Shown in pieces: positions 1-13,639 of a DNA stretch of 64,000 nt. How positions within the stretch are numbered: the stretch's first letter is position 1; the number at the start of each line of letters is the position of its first letter. The position numbers were made by a program, and so were the translations under genes. This DNA comes from Octopus vulgaris (lineage: Eukaryota): contig OX597843.1 of the NCBI GenBank assembly GCA_951406725.2, positions 806,001 through 870,000 on the forward strand, read 5' to 3'. The notes under the pieces were generated by a model. The model saw only the letters and a program-made list of their open reading frames with translations, had not been told where the DNA came from and did not search any database.

Positions 1-23
1 TATATATGTATATATATATATTA

Positions 24-275
24 GGCGGTGAGCTGGTAGAAACGTTAGCACGCCGGGCGAAATTCGTAGCCGTATTTCATCTGTCGTTACGTTCCAAGTT
101 CAAATTCCGCCAAGGTCGACTTTGCCTTTCATCCTTTCGGGGTCGATGAATTAAGTACCAGTTACGCACTGGGGTCGATGTAGTCGACTTAATCCCTTTG
201 TCTGTCCTTGTTTGTCCCCTCTATGTTTACATCCCCGTCACCTAGCAGTTCGGCAGACCGATAGAATAAGACTGA
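24..275 (+). mobile_element. tRNA-derived SINE, family A; its 3' end switches into a family B segment
   Basis: Pol III A-box-like GAGCTGGTAGAAACGTTAGC and B-box-like GTTCAAATTCC. The body GACTTTGCCTTTCATCCTTTCGGGGTCGAT recurs at 29655, 39380 and 50129. Confidence 0.85.
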
Positions 276-618
276 AACATAGTATATTTGGTAAAAGCGT
301 AAATAGTCAAATGAAAATATATTATATGTAGAAAAGTACAAACTGGGACAAGAACGTAAAACATTTAGAAGACGATACAAAAAACACGGACGGGACATTC
401 GAAGCCTTCAATCTTCAGTCAAGAACCGGATCATCCTCGCAATTTTGGCTGATTAATCTTGAGATTGCTCCGATCCGGCCAGCCCCAAGGAATAACTAAG
501 CTATGAGCATTAGATTTCTTGGAAAAAAGATCGAATGTATACGAAAACAAGGACAGAAAAACGGACGATGCCACATGAATATAAAATGCAAAAAACAATA
601 ATAGTAGTATATAAATGT

Positions 619-938
619 GGATGCGCAATGGCCCAGTGGTTAGTGTAGCGGACTCATGGTCGGAGGATCGCGGTTTCGATTCCCAGACCAGGCATTGTGT
701 GTGTTTGTTGAGCGAAAACACCTAAAGTTCCACAAGGCTCTGGCAGGGGGTGGTGGTGGTGGTGGTGGAGACCTGCTGTACTCTTTCGTCACAACTTTCT
801 CTCTCACTCTTTCTTCTGTTCGCCTGCTCGCTTAGCCAGCGGGGTGGCGTCATTTGAAGGCTAAAACAATGCGAAGTGCATTGTGACCAGTGATGTGTAG
901 CAACATCTGATAGCCTGGATGGTCACGTGATCACGTGA
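619..938 (+). mobile_element. tRNA-derived SINE, family D1 (resembles octopus OR-type SINEs)
   Basis: tRNA-like head TGGCCCAGTGGTTAG...GGTTTCGATTCCC. Its 5' half is shared with the element at 22985-23287, but the 3' tail differs. Confidence 0.75.
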
Positions 939-1007
939 GATATATATATATAGATATATATATAGATAGATATAATATATATATATAGTATATATATATC
1001 ATACATA

Positions 1008-1046
<39 letters not shown>

Positions 1047-1137
1047 ATATATATATATGTATATGTATATATGCATACATACATACACACATGCATATAT
1101 GTATATTATATATATTATATATATGTATATAATATAA

Positions 1138-1203
<66 letters not shown>

Positions 1204-1234
1204 CTAAACTGGCAATATGACCATTCCGAAATAT

Positions 1235-1301
<67 letters not shown>

Positions 1302-1508
1302 TGCACATATTCTGCATATATATACAGACCTCCGTCTTCTGTTGTCTGGCTTTCCACTTCTTTTAATGACCACAGATTTTATTATTTATGAGAAATGCGC
1401 AAAGAAAATCAGATTAAAATGGGTGCTGTGTGTATAGGTAGATATTGATACCATTTATTAGTCTTTATCTTAGAATACTCAGTCACAAGTGTGTGTGTAT
1501 GTGTGTGT

Positions 1509-1550
<42 letters not shown>

Positions 1551-1593
1551 TTATACCTGTTTATGTGTATATGTATATATATGTATATATATG

Positions 1594-1681
<88 letters not shown>

Positions 1682-1835
1682 TATATATATATACATATAT
1701 ATATATGTATATACATATATATATACATATATATATATACACACACACACATATACATAACTATACATATATATATATATACAGATAGATAGATACATGT
1801 GCACAAATATATATATGCATATATATATATATGTA

Positions 1836-1886
<51 letters not shown>

Positions 1887-2030
1887 TTTACACACTTGTA
1901 TATATGTATATATATACATATATATGTGTATATACAATATATATATATATATATATATACATATATATATAAATGTTAGATAAAGCCAACTTATATATAT
2001 ATCGATAGATAGATAGATAGATAGATATGT

Positions 2031-2091
<61 letters not shown>

Positions 2092-2397
2092 TATAGTGGT
2101 AGTATATATATATATGCATATATATATATATATACGTTTATATATTCATATATATATATATAAATCTCTATACATACATATATATATACACACACATATC
2201 TACAACATATAGATACATGAATGTATGTGTGTTTGTGTGTGTGTGTGTGTGTGTTAATTCTAACTTTAAATATTTAATGTACTTGTTGTCAGCGTTACCT
2301 TGGCAACTTTGTGTATGTATATATTATAATTTTAATGTTTCCGAGTGTGTGTGAATGGGTGTATATATATATATGTATACATACACACACACACATT

Positions 2398-2448
<51 letters not shown>

Positions 2449-3416
2449 ATCCCTAGAAGCTCACATCATCATTTATGTGTGTGTTATGTATATGGTACAT
2501 GTTAAATTTTGTAATATTAATATATTAAAACTTATCTACATTCTCTACTGACATATTGCCTAGACTAAGCTTGTCTATTATTACACCAAGATACACACAC
2601 ACACTCACACACACACACACACACACACACACAAATACACAAAGACACACTCACATACACACACAAACACACACACACAAATACACAAAAACACACACAC
2701 ACACACAAACACACACAGACACTCACACACACATACGCTCACACACTCACACACACACACACAAACACACACACACTCACACACACACAGACACACACTC
2801 ACACAGACACACACACACACACACACACACTCACACACTCACACACACAAACACTCACACACTCACACACACACACTCACACACACACATGACAGTAGAT
2901 ATAGATTGATATACACATACGCATTATATACATGCATACTTTTATATATATATGTAGAAATTTATTTATGCATATGGATATTATATATATGTATGTATAT
3001 GTATCTTATATACATATATGTGAGAGAGAAAGAGAGAGAGCGAGAGAGAGAAAGAGAGAAAGAGAAAGAGAGAGAATATTGCCATAGTAGCTGTACATAG
3101 TTATATGTACAACTACTACTGGTGAATTGAGAGAACCACATAGAGCATCATTTGGTCTCCATCAAGTATAGTTGTGTTGTTATTACTGTCCTTAAGAGTG
3201 TTGCTGGTTATCGTATGCAAAGCATTTGATCTGTGTAAAAATAATACAAGGAAATGTGTTCCCCTGAAGAACTGTTGCGGTATGGCATCCAATTGCACAT
3301 GGAACATCCATTGTGAACGACACATATAACAAGAATGAGGAAATGGACAGAAGGGATAAAGGATATAAACAGCATCTTGTGTTTATGATAGTTTTATGCA
3401 TACACACATATGCATA

Positions 3417-3494
<78 letters not shown>

Positions 3495-3763
3495 CATTTT
3501 CTATTTGTTTCTCTCTCACCCTCTCCCTCCCTTCTTTCTCTTTTTCTCTCACTCGTTGCTCACATGTGACCATTGTCCATCTTTCCTTTCTTCACATGAC
3601 TATCTTTCTTTTCCTGCATGGACGTTCAAAGGTCTGGACATTTTTTTCTCTCTCATCTACTTCTCTTTTGAAAGAAAATATTTCTCCTAGCATTCACTAT
3701 TTTCCTCTCGTTCTGGTCCAACGGATCTCCATGTTTGTTATCATTTGGAAACTGAAAGAAACC

Positions 3764-3804
<41 letters not shown>

Positions 3805-3883
3805 CGTGTGTGTGTGTCTTTGTATGTATTTTGTGTGAGTGTATGTATTTTGCTGTTCTGCTAAGTTACAGGTATGTAAATAC

Positions 3884-3916
<33 letters not shown>

Positions 3917-3924
3917 TGCGTGTG

Positions 3925-4078
3925 TGTGTGTGTTTGTTTGCCCACCATCGCTTGACAACCAATGTTGGTGTGTTTACATTCTCGTAATTTAGCAGTACAG
4001 CAAAAGAGACTGATAGAATAAGTATCAGGCTTACAAAGAATAAGTCCTGGGGTCAATTTGTTCGACTAAAGGTGTTGC
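3925..4078 (+). mobile_element. SINE family B, 3' half
   Basis: GCTTGACAACC...GATAGAATAAGT...GGCTTACAAAGAATAAGTCC matches the full copies at 13640 and 32469. Confidence 0.8.
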
Positions 4079-4094
4079 ATAGATTGCATAGGTT

Positions 4095-4540
4095 ATGGAC
4101 ATTTCCTGAATCCTGGACTTTCCAGATGATGTAGGAGAGGGAGGTGGAGTTCTTCTTCTCTATATACCTAAAGGAATGATTGTGTTGTCTAAATTTTTCT
4201 TTGAAATCATTGCCTGTTATGCCATTGTAGTGATAGGAGTGCACTTCTATAGACAACACTCTTTGAAAGGCAGGATATTCCCATTGGGCAGTAGGCAGGA
4301 TTTTGGCAGTCACAAGTTGGAGTATGGAGTGAAACTTGTGGTTTTGTTGTGAGTGTTTATTTTCATTGTAGTATGTAATGTTCAAAACAAAATTATCTAA
4401 GCATTTTATGGAAATTAAAGAGTTTAAGAGTTCTTGGGAAATGCTATCTATTTAGCCCTCCAAGAAACCATCAAGCTATATTATTGGAAGCATCAGAGTT
4501 GAACAAAGGATTAAACCAAGTGATCTTTTCCTTCCGAATT
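4095..4540 (-). pseudogene. Penelope-like retroelement relic (linker plus GIY-YIG endonuclease)
   Basis: Minus-strand translation with stops and frameshifts gives RKEKITWFNPLFN..HFPKN, TCDCQNPAYCPMGISCLSKSVVY and HYNGITGNDFKEKFRQHNHSFRYIEKKNSTSLSYIIW. These match the PLE motifs IIWFNPP, CxCxxxxxCPxxxxCLxxxxVY and YIGxTxxxFKxRxxxHxxSF..TxLSxxIW. Confidence 0.85.
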
Positions 4541-4559
4541 CACTTTAGGCTTGGAGTGA

Positions 4560-5430
4560 AAAAATATTTTAAAGAATGAAATAAGAAACCGTTAATAAAT
4601 ATATTCAGATAACAAAAAGATTACATAGATAGATTTAGAAAATATATTTTATTCTTCACTGAATGTCATTTTAAACTCCTGTCAAGCGTACACTTTGTGA
4701 AAGTTAATTTTTAAAAGATAACATTAAATTTAAAAGTTAATGAGTTTTCCCCTTATCATAAACCTAAAAGGCTATTTATTTTTTAATACTCATTCTAATC
4801 ATCTTCTAATAATCTCCATAATTTAATCTTGAATGCTAGCAGACATACATCATCTTTATCCTAAGATGTAATTGCTTTCACAAAAGCATTTAACCGTAGT
4901 GGATATTTTAGATAGGATAAACTTTATGACACAAAGCTAGAAATAGAAATAGGAAAATTCTGTGGTATAATTCAATTTTTTAGCTCTGATGTTTGTACAA
5001 ATATAACAAAGGATTTTCTTGAGTTAGTGTTACTTCACTTTACCAAATAAAATAAATGCAATAAAATTTTTAATAGAAATTCTATTAACATTGCTTACTC
5101 TTGTTGCAAACATTTTGTCAGATCTGTCTATTTCATTAATGCAAGAACATCTATCAAACATTGGCATCATATAAAGCAAAAACACTTGGAATTTTATAAA
5201 CACTTCTAGCTGTTCACTTCTCAAAAACCGCCTTGTCAGTCTCTTATTATTTGGTTTATTGTGCCAATATAAATCTAAGGAGAAGTCTAAACCAAATCCC
5301 ACATAGGGGAAACAGCAAGTAAATTTAAGCTGAGATATTACTTGCATAGAGATTCATTAATCAACCTAAACAGAAAATGTTTGATCTGTCTAGATATATC
5401 ATGAGACTGATATATCTTATAGCTTATGAC
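4560..5430 (+). pseudogene. Second Penelope-like relic (RT C-terminus/thumb, linker, GIY-YIG)
   Basis: Degenerate plus-strand translation gives VNF*KITLNLKVNEFSPYHKP..NTHSNH, RNRNRKILWYN..VCTNITKDFLELVLLHF and HIGETASKFKLRYYLHRDSL..DLSRYIMRL, collinear with the PLE motif order. Confidence 0.75.
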
Positions 5431-5589
5431 AGCATCATCACCGTCAATACAACTTTATTTATTCTTGCTTTTATGCCTGCTTACAAATATCATATTGTTA
5501 ACTTTGCTTATCTCGCTGGTTGTGAAGCTGTGGTGGGGGACAAACACAGACATAAAAATGCACACACACACACATACACAAATGACAGT

Positions 5590-5676
5590 CAGCGGAATTT
5601 GAACTCAGAACATAACGGCAAACGAAATACCGCTAAGCATTTCGCCCGGCATGCTAACGTTTCTGCTAACTCGCCA
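5590..5676 (-). mobile_element. SINE family A head fragment
   Basis: The reverse complement reads GGCGAGTTAGCAGAAACGTTAGC...GAGTTCAAATTCCGC. Confidence 0.75.
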
Positions 5677-5677
5677 C

Positions 5678-6140
5678 TTTTCTGCTCAATCAAATCCATA
5701 CTTATTGCAAAAATGCTCAACAGACTGTCCTTGCTATATTACCATGTTGCCTCGTATATTCCTTCTGAGCCATCAGTGTACATTAACCAGTAATATGCCA
5801 TAGAGCTTCACCATTCTCTCCACAAATCCTACACTTATTGCTTTCTACTGTGTTGTCCATTCTATATTTGATGTAATTAATCCTTAATGCCTGCTCTTGA
5901 GTAGCAACAGAATAAGACTTCCATTTCCAGTTTTAAATCACTTTCAGCCATCCATAACCACCTTTTCTCTTTGTCCATCCCATCCTCAATATTTCTATGG
6001 AACTCTCCATGCATTCATTCTTGTCTCAATCCATCTATTTTCACTTTCATTCATCCTCAAAAGCTCATGCAGCATTTTATTTTTGCAATGTTCAATTGTG
6101 CACAGGACTGACCTTCTTACCACCAACAATAGTGATTCTA
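5678..6140 (-). pseudogene. Degenerate Dong/R4-clade non-LTR retrotransposon fragment (CCHC zinc-knuckle region)
   Basis: The minus strand gives MHGEFHRNIE..KRWLWM..ATQEQALRINYIKYRMD..CRICGENGEALWHITG*C..AQKEYTRQHGNIA. This is homologous to the ORF at 48431-48847. The fragment abuts a large (TAA)n tract. Confidence 0.8.
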
Positions 6141-6154
6141 TGGCATTTAAAAAA

Positions 6155-6712
<558 letters not shown>

Positions 6713-7062
6713 ATTATAGCACTATATATTCCATTAATTGTTTTGTCAATTTCTGATCTTATTTCAGTCTTTCTGGGGTTTTTTTTTCATAACACAGTAT
6801 TTCATAGTATTTGAGCATCATTAGCATTTTCTTAATTACTACAAATACCTGTAATTAATGTAATTAAATTGCACCATTTATTTATTTCATTCTACCTCAG
6901 TTCATTTGTTTTTTTCAGTTGATTTCATCTTGGCATATGAATCCAATTCAAATAATTTTTTTGTTCATTTGATCACTTATTTGACATTAACATTACACAT
7001 GACACCCAATCCAATCAATGCTCTTTGCTTTCATTGCATAAATAGACATAACCATATTTTAT

Positions 7063-7472
7063 CTCTTTACTCTCTTTTACTCTTTTACTTGTTTCAGTCA
7101 TTTGACTGCGGCCATGCTGGAGCACCGCCTTTAGTCGAGCAACTCGACCCCGGGACATATTCTTTTGTAAGCCCAGTACTTATTCTATCAGTCTCATTTG
7201 CCGAACCGCTAAGTGACGGGGACGTAAACACACCAGCATCGGTTGTCAAGCAATGCTAGGGGGACAAACACAGACACACAAAACACACACACGCATATAT
7301 ATATACATATATACGACGGGCTTCTTTCAGTTTCCGTCTACCAAATCCACTCACAAGGTTTTGTTCGGCTCGGGGCTATAGCAGAAGACATTTGCCCAAG
7401 GTGCCACGCAGTGGGACTGAACCTAGAACCATGTGGTTAGTAAGCTACTTACCACACAGCCACTCCTGGGCC
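7063..7472 (-). mobile_element. SINE family B, full length
   Basis: Head AGGAGTGGCTGTGTGGTAAG, CORE-like CCTTGGGCAA, internal TA/TG microsatellite, and tail CATGGCCGCAGTCAAATGACTGAAAC followed by AAGAGTA repeats. Confidence 0.9.
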
Positions 7473-7474
7473 TA

Positions 7475-7946
7475 TCGTTTCATTATTTAAATTTGGTTTG
7501 AAGATTGGCAACGAGAAACTTGAAGCCGACCAAAATTTTTGAAGCCCCGGTTTAACGAGTGCATATCTGATTCTCTGTTTTTAATATTGGTTTTTAATAT
7601 TGTTTATAAAGTTGTTTATAAAACATCTTTTTCTCTTGGCTTTATTGAGAAAATTCTATAGTTTGTAAGATATTTGTTGTATTTTTTCTTCAATTTCTGC
7701 AATTTCAACCAATCACTGACGTCTATTGAGGTAAAAAAACATTCTGTGCCATATGAATATATCCCTCGTTTAAGAAACAGATTGGGTTTATTTACATTTG
7801 AGAAGAAAATAGATACCCTTCCCCCAACCCTAACCCTAATCCTAAAACAGATTGAAATGCAATAGATCGATACTAGGGTCATAATTATGGGTGACAATTT
7901 CATATGACATCGCTAGAAAAAACTGCCGTTCAAACTGAAAAGATCC
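7475..7946. mobile_element. Unclassified probable repeat containing a short CCCTAA run
   Basis: CCCAACCCTAACCCTAATCCTAA followed by a GTCATA..TATGAC inverted pair. It abuts and appears to truncate the mariner relic. Only one copy is in the window. Confidence 0.35.
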
Positions 7947-8676
7947 CCATTTTGTTGCACAATGCATCTTCCTCTTTCCTTTAACTTGAAAATACCCTCT
8001 TCCCAGAATTGAGGTGGTTTCATGGCAAAGAATTCATCAAGGTATCTTTTTACGTCATCCAAGGAATTGAAATTTTTACCATTATGACTATTTTGCAGAG
8101 ACCTGAATCAGTGGAAATCCAAAGGAACAATATTTGGTGAATATGGAGGGTGGGGTAACACATCCCAGCCGAGCTGCAGCAATTTTTGTCTGGTTCCCCA
8201 AAGCATCAAGTGCCAAAAATGAACTTTCTTATCTTCCATTTTAAAGGGTTACAGAATTAACACAGGTTATAGAAACATAAACCTTCTTCCACGAAAAGAT
8301 AGCTCAAACTGTGCTCTAAATGGAGAGGTAGTCAAATCCTATTTCATGGACTCAACCATGTTCTAAAATAAGTCGAAAGGTAAGCTGCTATAAATCGGCA
8401 CGAACTTTCCGGACATCCCAGCCAAGCTGCAGCAATTTTTGTCTGGTTCCCCAAAGCATCAAGTGCCAAAAATGAACTTTCTTATCTTCCATTTTAAAGG
8501 GTTACAGAATTAACACAGGTTATAGGAACATAAACCTTCTTCCACGAAAAGATAGCTCAAACTGTGCTCTAAATGGAGGTGTAGCCAAATCCTATTTTAT
8601 GCACTCAACCATGTTCTAAAATAAGTCGAAAGGTAAGCTGCTATAAATCGGCATGAACTTTCCCGGCAACCCAATA
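7947..8676 (-). mobile_element. Internally deleted mariner transposon with a 253-bp tandem duplication
   Basis: The minus strand gives TRQKLLQLGWDVLPHPPYSPNIVPLDFH*FRSLQNS..FWEEGIFKL..CIVQQNG (mariner HPPYSPDLAPSD motif). The terminus TATTGGGTTGCCGGGAAAGTTC is at 8676. Positions 8161-8413 are duplicated at 8414-8666. Confidence 0.88.
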
Positions 8677-8721
8677 TATCAACTACCACACTCAGCTTTC
8701 TGAACATCAAAAGGACAAAAG

Positions 8722-9058
8722 GTAAATAAGGAGAAAGTAGAGAGGTAGTTAATACAATTTTGTATTAAATATGATAACAATCCCAGACAGCTGTTTCGCT
8801 TCAGAAATCTTTTGATAATTAATTTATAAAATTAAAATCATTATCAGATGAAGCTCTTCAAAGGTAACAAAGATACAGTAATTATAAAAAATATGTTGAG
8901 ATAATGACTGTGAAGAGATTCATCTTATAATGATTTTTAATTTTATAAATTAATTATCTAAAGAAATTTCTGAATCGAAACAGCTGTCAAACATGTTGTC
9001 ATATGTTATAATTAATAAATAATTTTATCAATTATCTCTACATGTTCTCTTTATTCTT
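8722..9058. mobile_element. Inverted repeat of PLE pseudo-LTR-like sequence, each arm with a degenerate hammerhead motif
   Basis: Arms ~8722-8862 and ~8908-9058 are imperfect reverse complements. Each reads NUGAAGA-stem II-GAAACAGCUGUC. Confidence 0.7.
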
Positions 9059-9237
9059 CAAATATATCAATATATGAATCATGGTTTATATGGTTATCTT
9101 ATAGCTGAACTTTCTAAAGATTCTTAACTAACCAGTATTTTCATTGGATTTATTATCCCTTGGTGAGGTTTATAACCTTTATTTGAACATATATATATAT
9201 ATATATGTAGCTAGATAGATATACATACCTACCTACA

Positions 9238-9272
<35 letters not shown>

Positions 9273-9578
9273 TCATATGCATTCATATATGTATATTTAT
9301 ATACATACATATATATGATATGTGTATATATGCATATATGTATAAATACACACACACACACGCATATATATAAATATATAATACACATATACATGATCTA
9401 TATCTATTTATTGATGCACCTACACAAGTGCATGTGTATATGTGTATGTATGTGTGAATGTTTGTGTACAATAAATATATATATATATCATCATTGTTTA
9501 AATATATAAGCATTAATATAAATAAGTTTATGTATATATTTGTATGTGTGTATATATATGTGCATGTATGTATGTATG

Positions 9579-9612
<34 letters not shown>

Positions 9613-9878
9613 TGTATGTATATGTGTGGATAGATAGATAGAGAGATAGAAAGATAGATATATACATACACACACATATATACATATACATATATCTACA
9701 TGTATATATATGCATATATATATATACATATATATACATACATATATATATATATATATTTACAAATATATACATAAATATAAATATATATATATACATA
9801 TATATAAATATATACATATTTACATATATGTATATATATAAATTCATACATATTTTCATATATACATATATGTATATA

Positions 9879-9928
<50 letters not shown>

Positions 9929-10871
9929 AATATACACTTTTATATTCATTCACACGCATACACGAGTGTGTGTTTGTATAGTCATTAAACACACAATTCC
10001 TATACAACCTAAAACCAAAACACACACACACAAACACAAACACCAGTCTCTTGAATACAAGCTAGTCAGCCATCTTATAATGAATTGTCGTTGTTGTCGT
10101 CTATAGAACCTAACAACAGCTGCCAAAGTATTCTCTAGGAAAGTGCAAGAGAGACACTTTGTTTCTAGTGGTGGTGGTGGTCGGTGGCGCGGGTGGTTAG
10201 TGTTGGGGTGGCAGAGGCAGTGGTGGTGGTGGTGGGTGTTAGCAATGATGATGGTGGTTGTGTTGGTGGCTGTGTTGGTTGTCGTGGTGGTGGTGGTGGT
10301 GGTGGTGGTGGTGGTGATGGTGGTGATGGTGGTGGTCGTGGTGGTTGTGGTGGTGGTGGCTATGTCGGTTGTCGTGGTCGTGGTCATGGTGGCATTGATG
10401 TTGCTGTTGGTGTTGGTGGGTGTTAGGTGTGGAAATGGTAGCGGTGGTGGTGGTTGTGGTTGTGGTGGTGATGGTGGTGGTGGTGGTGGTGGTGATGGTG
10501 GTAGTGGTGGTTGTGGTGGTGGCTGTGTTGGTTGTCATGGTCGTGGTCGCATTGTTGTTGCTGTTGGTGTTGGTGGGTGTTAGGGGTGGCAGTGGTAGGG
10601 GTGGTGGCGGTGGTGGTGGTGGTGGTGGTGGTGGTGGTGGTGACAGCAGTGGTAGGTGTGGAAATAACGGTGTAGGAAGCGTGTGAGAAATGGTGACGCA
10701 CGCACACACAGAGGCACACGCACATATATGCATTTGTTAGGGTCTTTGTGGGTTTGGGTGTTGTTGTTGTAGGCAGTGATGGTGGTGATGGTGGTGGTGG
10801 CGGAAATATTGCTGTAGGAAGTGTGTGAGGAAATAGGTGTGTGGAGAAATGTAACACTGACATTATATATG

Positions 10872-11430
<559 letters not shown>

Positions 11431-11432
11431 TA

Positions 11433-11516
<84 letters not shown>

Positions 11517-11523
11517 CACATAC

Positions 11524-11553
<30 letters not shown>

Positions 11554-11554
<1 letters not shown>

Positions 11555-12358
11555 AGGTGCGATGGTTAAATTGTCGCAATTTCATATTTTCAATTTTGTG
11601 CATGCGCATTCTTTGTTTTTGATTTTGACAACTGCACCTTACGGTAGGATCTGTTCAGCACCGTCTGTGAGAAAAACAGCACCATGATGCAATTCACTCT
11701 GCCAGAAATTTGGAATCGGCATGCTGTACTGCTTGGAATTCACACTGGAAGTTCCAATATGAACACTTCAGAGTGTTTGGGTGTCAACCTGAGGACACAT
11801 TTGCAATCTGAGGACATGTAGCGAGAGTGATCAAAATCAAACATCCAGTCGACATCATGGTGTTTGGAGTGATCACTAGTGATGGAGACGTTATGCCTCA
11901 ATTCATCTTCTCACACAACCTCAGACTCAACATGAAGGCCTACATCTGGAGGAGGCAGTGCTGCCCCGGGTCTAGAGAGTGGCTGCTGGAAGACCCTGTG
12001 TCTGGCAACAGTACTCTGCATCATGCCACAGAAGCAGGAGAACCCAGTCAGGCCTGTCAGACAATTTCTGCGACCACATCACCCCTAACATCTGGCTACT
12101 AAACTCCCCAAACTGCAATTCCCTTCATTATTATGTATGTGGCTCAGCTGAGTGAGAGACCAACAAGACTCCTTGTAACACCAAAGATGAACTGAATGCA
12201 AGGATTATGGCAGCATTCATCAACTTAAAGAAGGAGACCATCCAGAAGAGTTGAAGAAGATTCTGAAGTCATCTGGAGGCCAAAGTTGAAGCCAATGGCG
12301 ATTTTATTGAATAAATTTACCCTTTAGTATTTCAAGATATTTATATGTAATTTTGGTA
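11554..12358 (+). mobile_element. Tc1/mariner-superfamily (maT-like) transposon relic
   Basis: IKHPVDIMVFGVITSDGDVMP..FIF, TPNIWLLNSPNCNSLHYYVCG (decayed WPPNSPDxNPLDYxVWG) and C-terminal ..EANGDFIE*. Frameshifted and inserted in a TA tract. Confidence 0.82.
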
Positions 12359-12559
12359 ATTTGCAGAACTACACACCAGACATCAACACGAGGTCGAAAA
12401 TGCATGCAGTTCTACCCATTACACTTGTGGTTATTTTTCAAAAGCCTTCGTGTTGGCTCGTTAAAGTACCAGAAATAATACTGCATAAAATAATTTACTG
12501 CAGTAGCCTTTGCTGGTTTGAGAACGTATTAATTTAAAATTTGAATTAAAATTATATAT

Positions 12560-12897
12560 ATATATATATGAATAAAAAATGGAGTTAACGCAGGTGTAAT
12601 CAAATATTTTTACTTTCGACACATGTTTCGAAAATTCCACTGATACTATTCAAAAGAATAAATGGTATAAACAATGCAATCTTCTCCTCAGGAAAGTGAA
12701 AAAAACGAAACTCGTCAATAAGACATTTTAGCCTTATTCGGTTGATGAATGAATTAATCTTATTGACAAGTTGTTTAAGGAAAACATTCTTAGGTGGAAT
12801 AGGAATGTCCTTAAGAGATGCGTTAATATTCAATAACTCCATATGCTGTAACTATTCAGTTAGCAGGTTAATTGTTAACAAGGTAAAAATACACTCA

Positions 12898-12900
<3 letters not shown>
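12560..12900 (-). mobile_element. Penelope-like pseudo-LTR / ORF 5' fragment
   Basis: The ORF from 12842 reads MELLNINASLKDIPIPPKNVFLKQLVNKINSFINRIRLK, resembling the PLE N-terminal motif SLKNIPIP..L..LI.KI.SFI.R.RWK. It is followed on the same strand by a hammerhead. Confidence 0.78.
12612..12697 (-). ncRNA. Type I hammerhead ribozyme, intact core
   Basis: ACUUUC CUGAGGA GAAGAUU..AAUUUUC GAAA C-AUGU-G UC GAAAGU: 6-bp stem I, 7-bp stem II and GUC cleavage triplet. Confidence 0.85.
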
Positions 12901-12940
<40 letters not shown>

Positions 12941-13639
12941 ACACACACGTATATACATACAAATATACATATATGTAGAGGAAAGAATCTTCACAATATT
13001 CAAATTAAAACTAAACAGTTGATAAAAGTTTGAATGCTTTCAAATGTAACCACAATACTTTAAGTTAACCATATGACCCTATGACCTCTGATATCATTTT
13101 CTATTGTTAATTATGCATGAGAACAGTTCGTTATAAAATTCATGAGAGGTAAGTTGCTCATGTGACACCAGGCTGAAGTGAGTTCATTTCCTATTATTCA
13201 GGATTGGTGAAGGTGTGGTAAATAATATGAAGTTTCTCTGTGATGCAGAGGTCACAGGGTTGGGGACCTTCTCGGAAGGATGGTGATGAACCTCTTACTC
13301 ACTAGTTAGTGGTTGTGGCTTTTGTTGGGTGCAGAAAGTCACAGAATTCTGAGCCATTCCTTAAACGATGTTAACATATCTAGCATCGTTAGTTGGTAAT
13401 TGTTTGTGGTAATCATTATAGTGAGGATGGATTGGGAGTTAGATATAAGAAACAGATGAGTTAGGAAATAAATGGATAGAGAGAGAGAGAGGGGGAGAGA
13501 AGAGAGAGAGGAGGGAGAGAGAGAAGAGAGAGAGATAGAAAGTGGAGTAAATATTGGGAAAGACAGCTAGCTTGTTATAATGATAGATCAAGAGACAAAC
13601 AGATAGACAGACAGACAGACAGATACATATATACATATA

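Noticed and set aside
390-425. Minus-strand CUGAAGA..GAAUGUC, and the related CUGAUGA..GAAUGAC at 33440-33466, as hammerheads
   Set aside because: GAAA is replaced by GAAU and I could not build stems I and II. The two loci share a repeat family, but a ribozyme call is unsupported.
619-690. tRNA genes at SINE heads (also 23215-23287, 23420-23490 and family A/B heads)
   Set aside because: No complete cloverleaf, and they continue into or match SINE bodies.
5030-5347. 105-aa minus-strand ORF with normal composition
   Set aside because: Antisense shadow of the plus-strand Penelope-like relic.
7822-7845. Telomeric (CCCTAA)n
   Set aside because: Only about 3 imperfect units, internal to a probable repeat.
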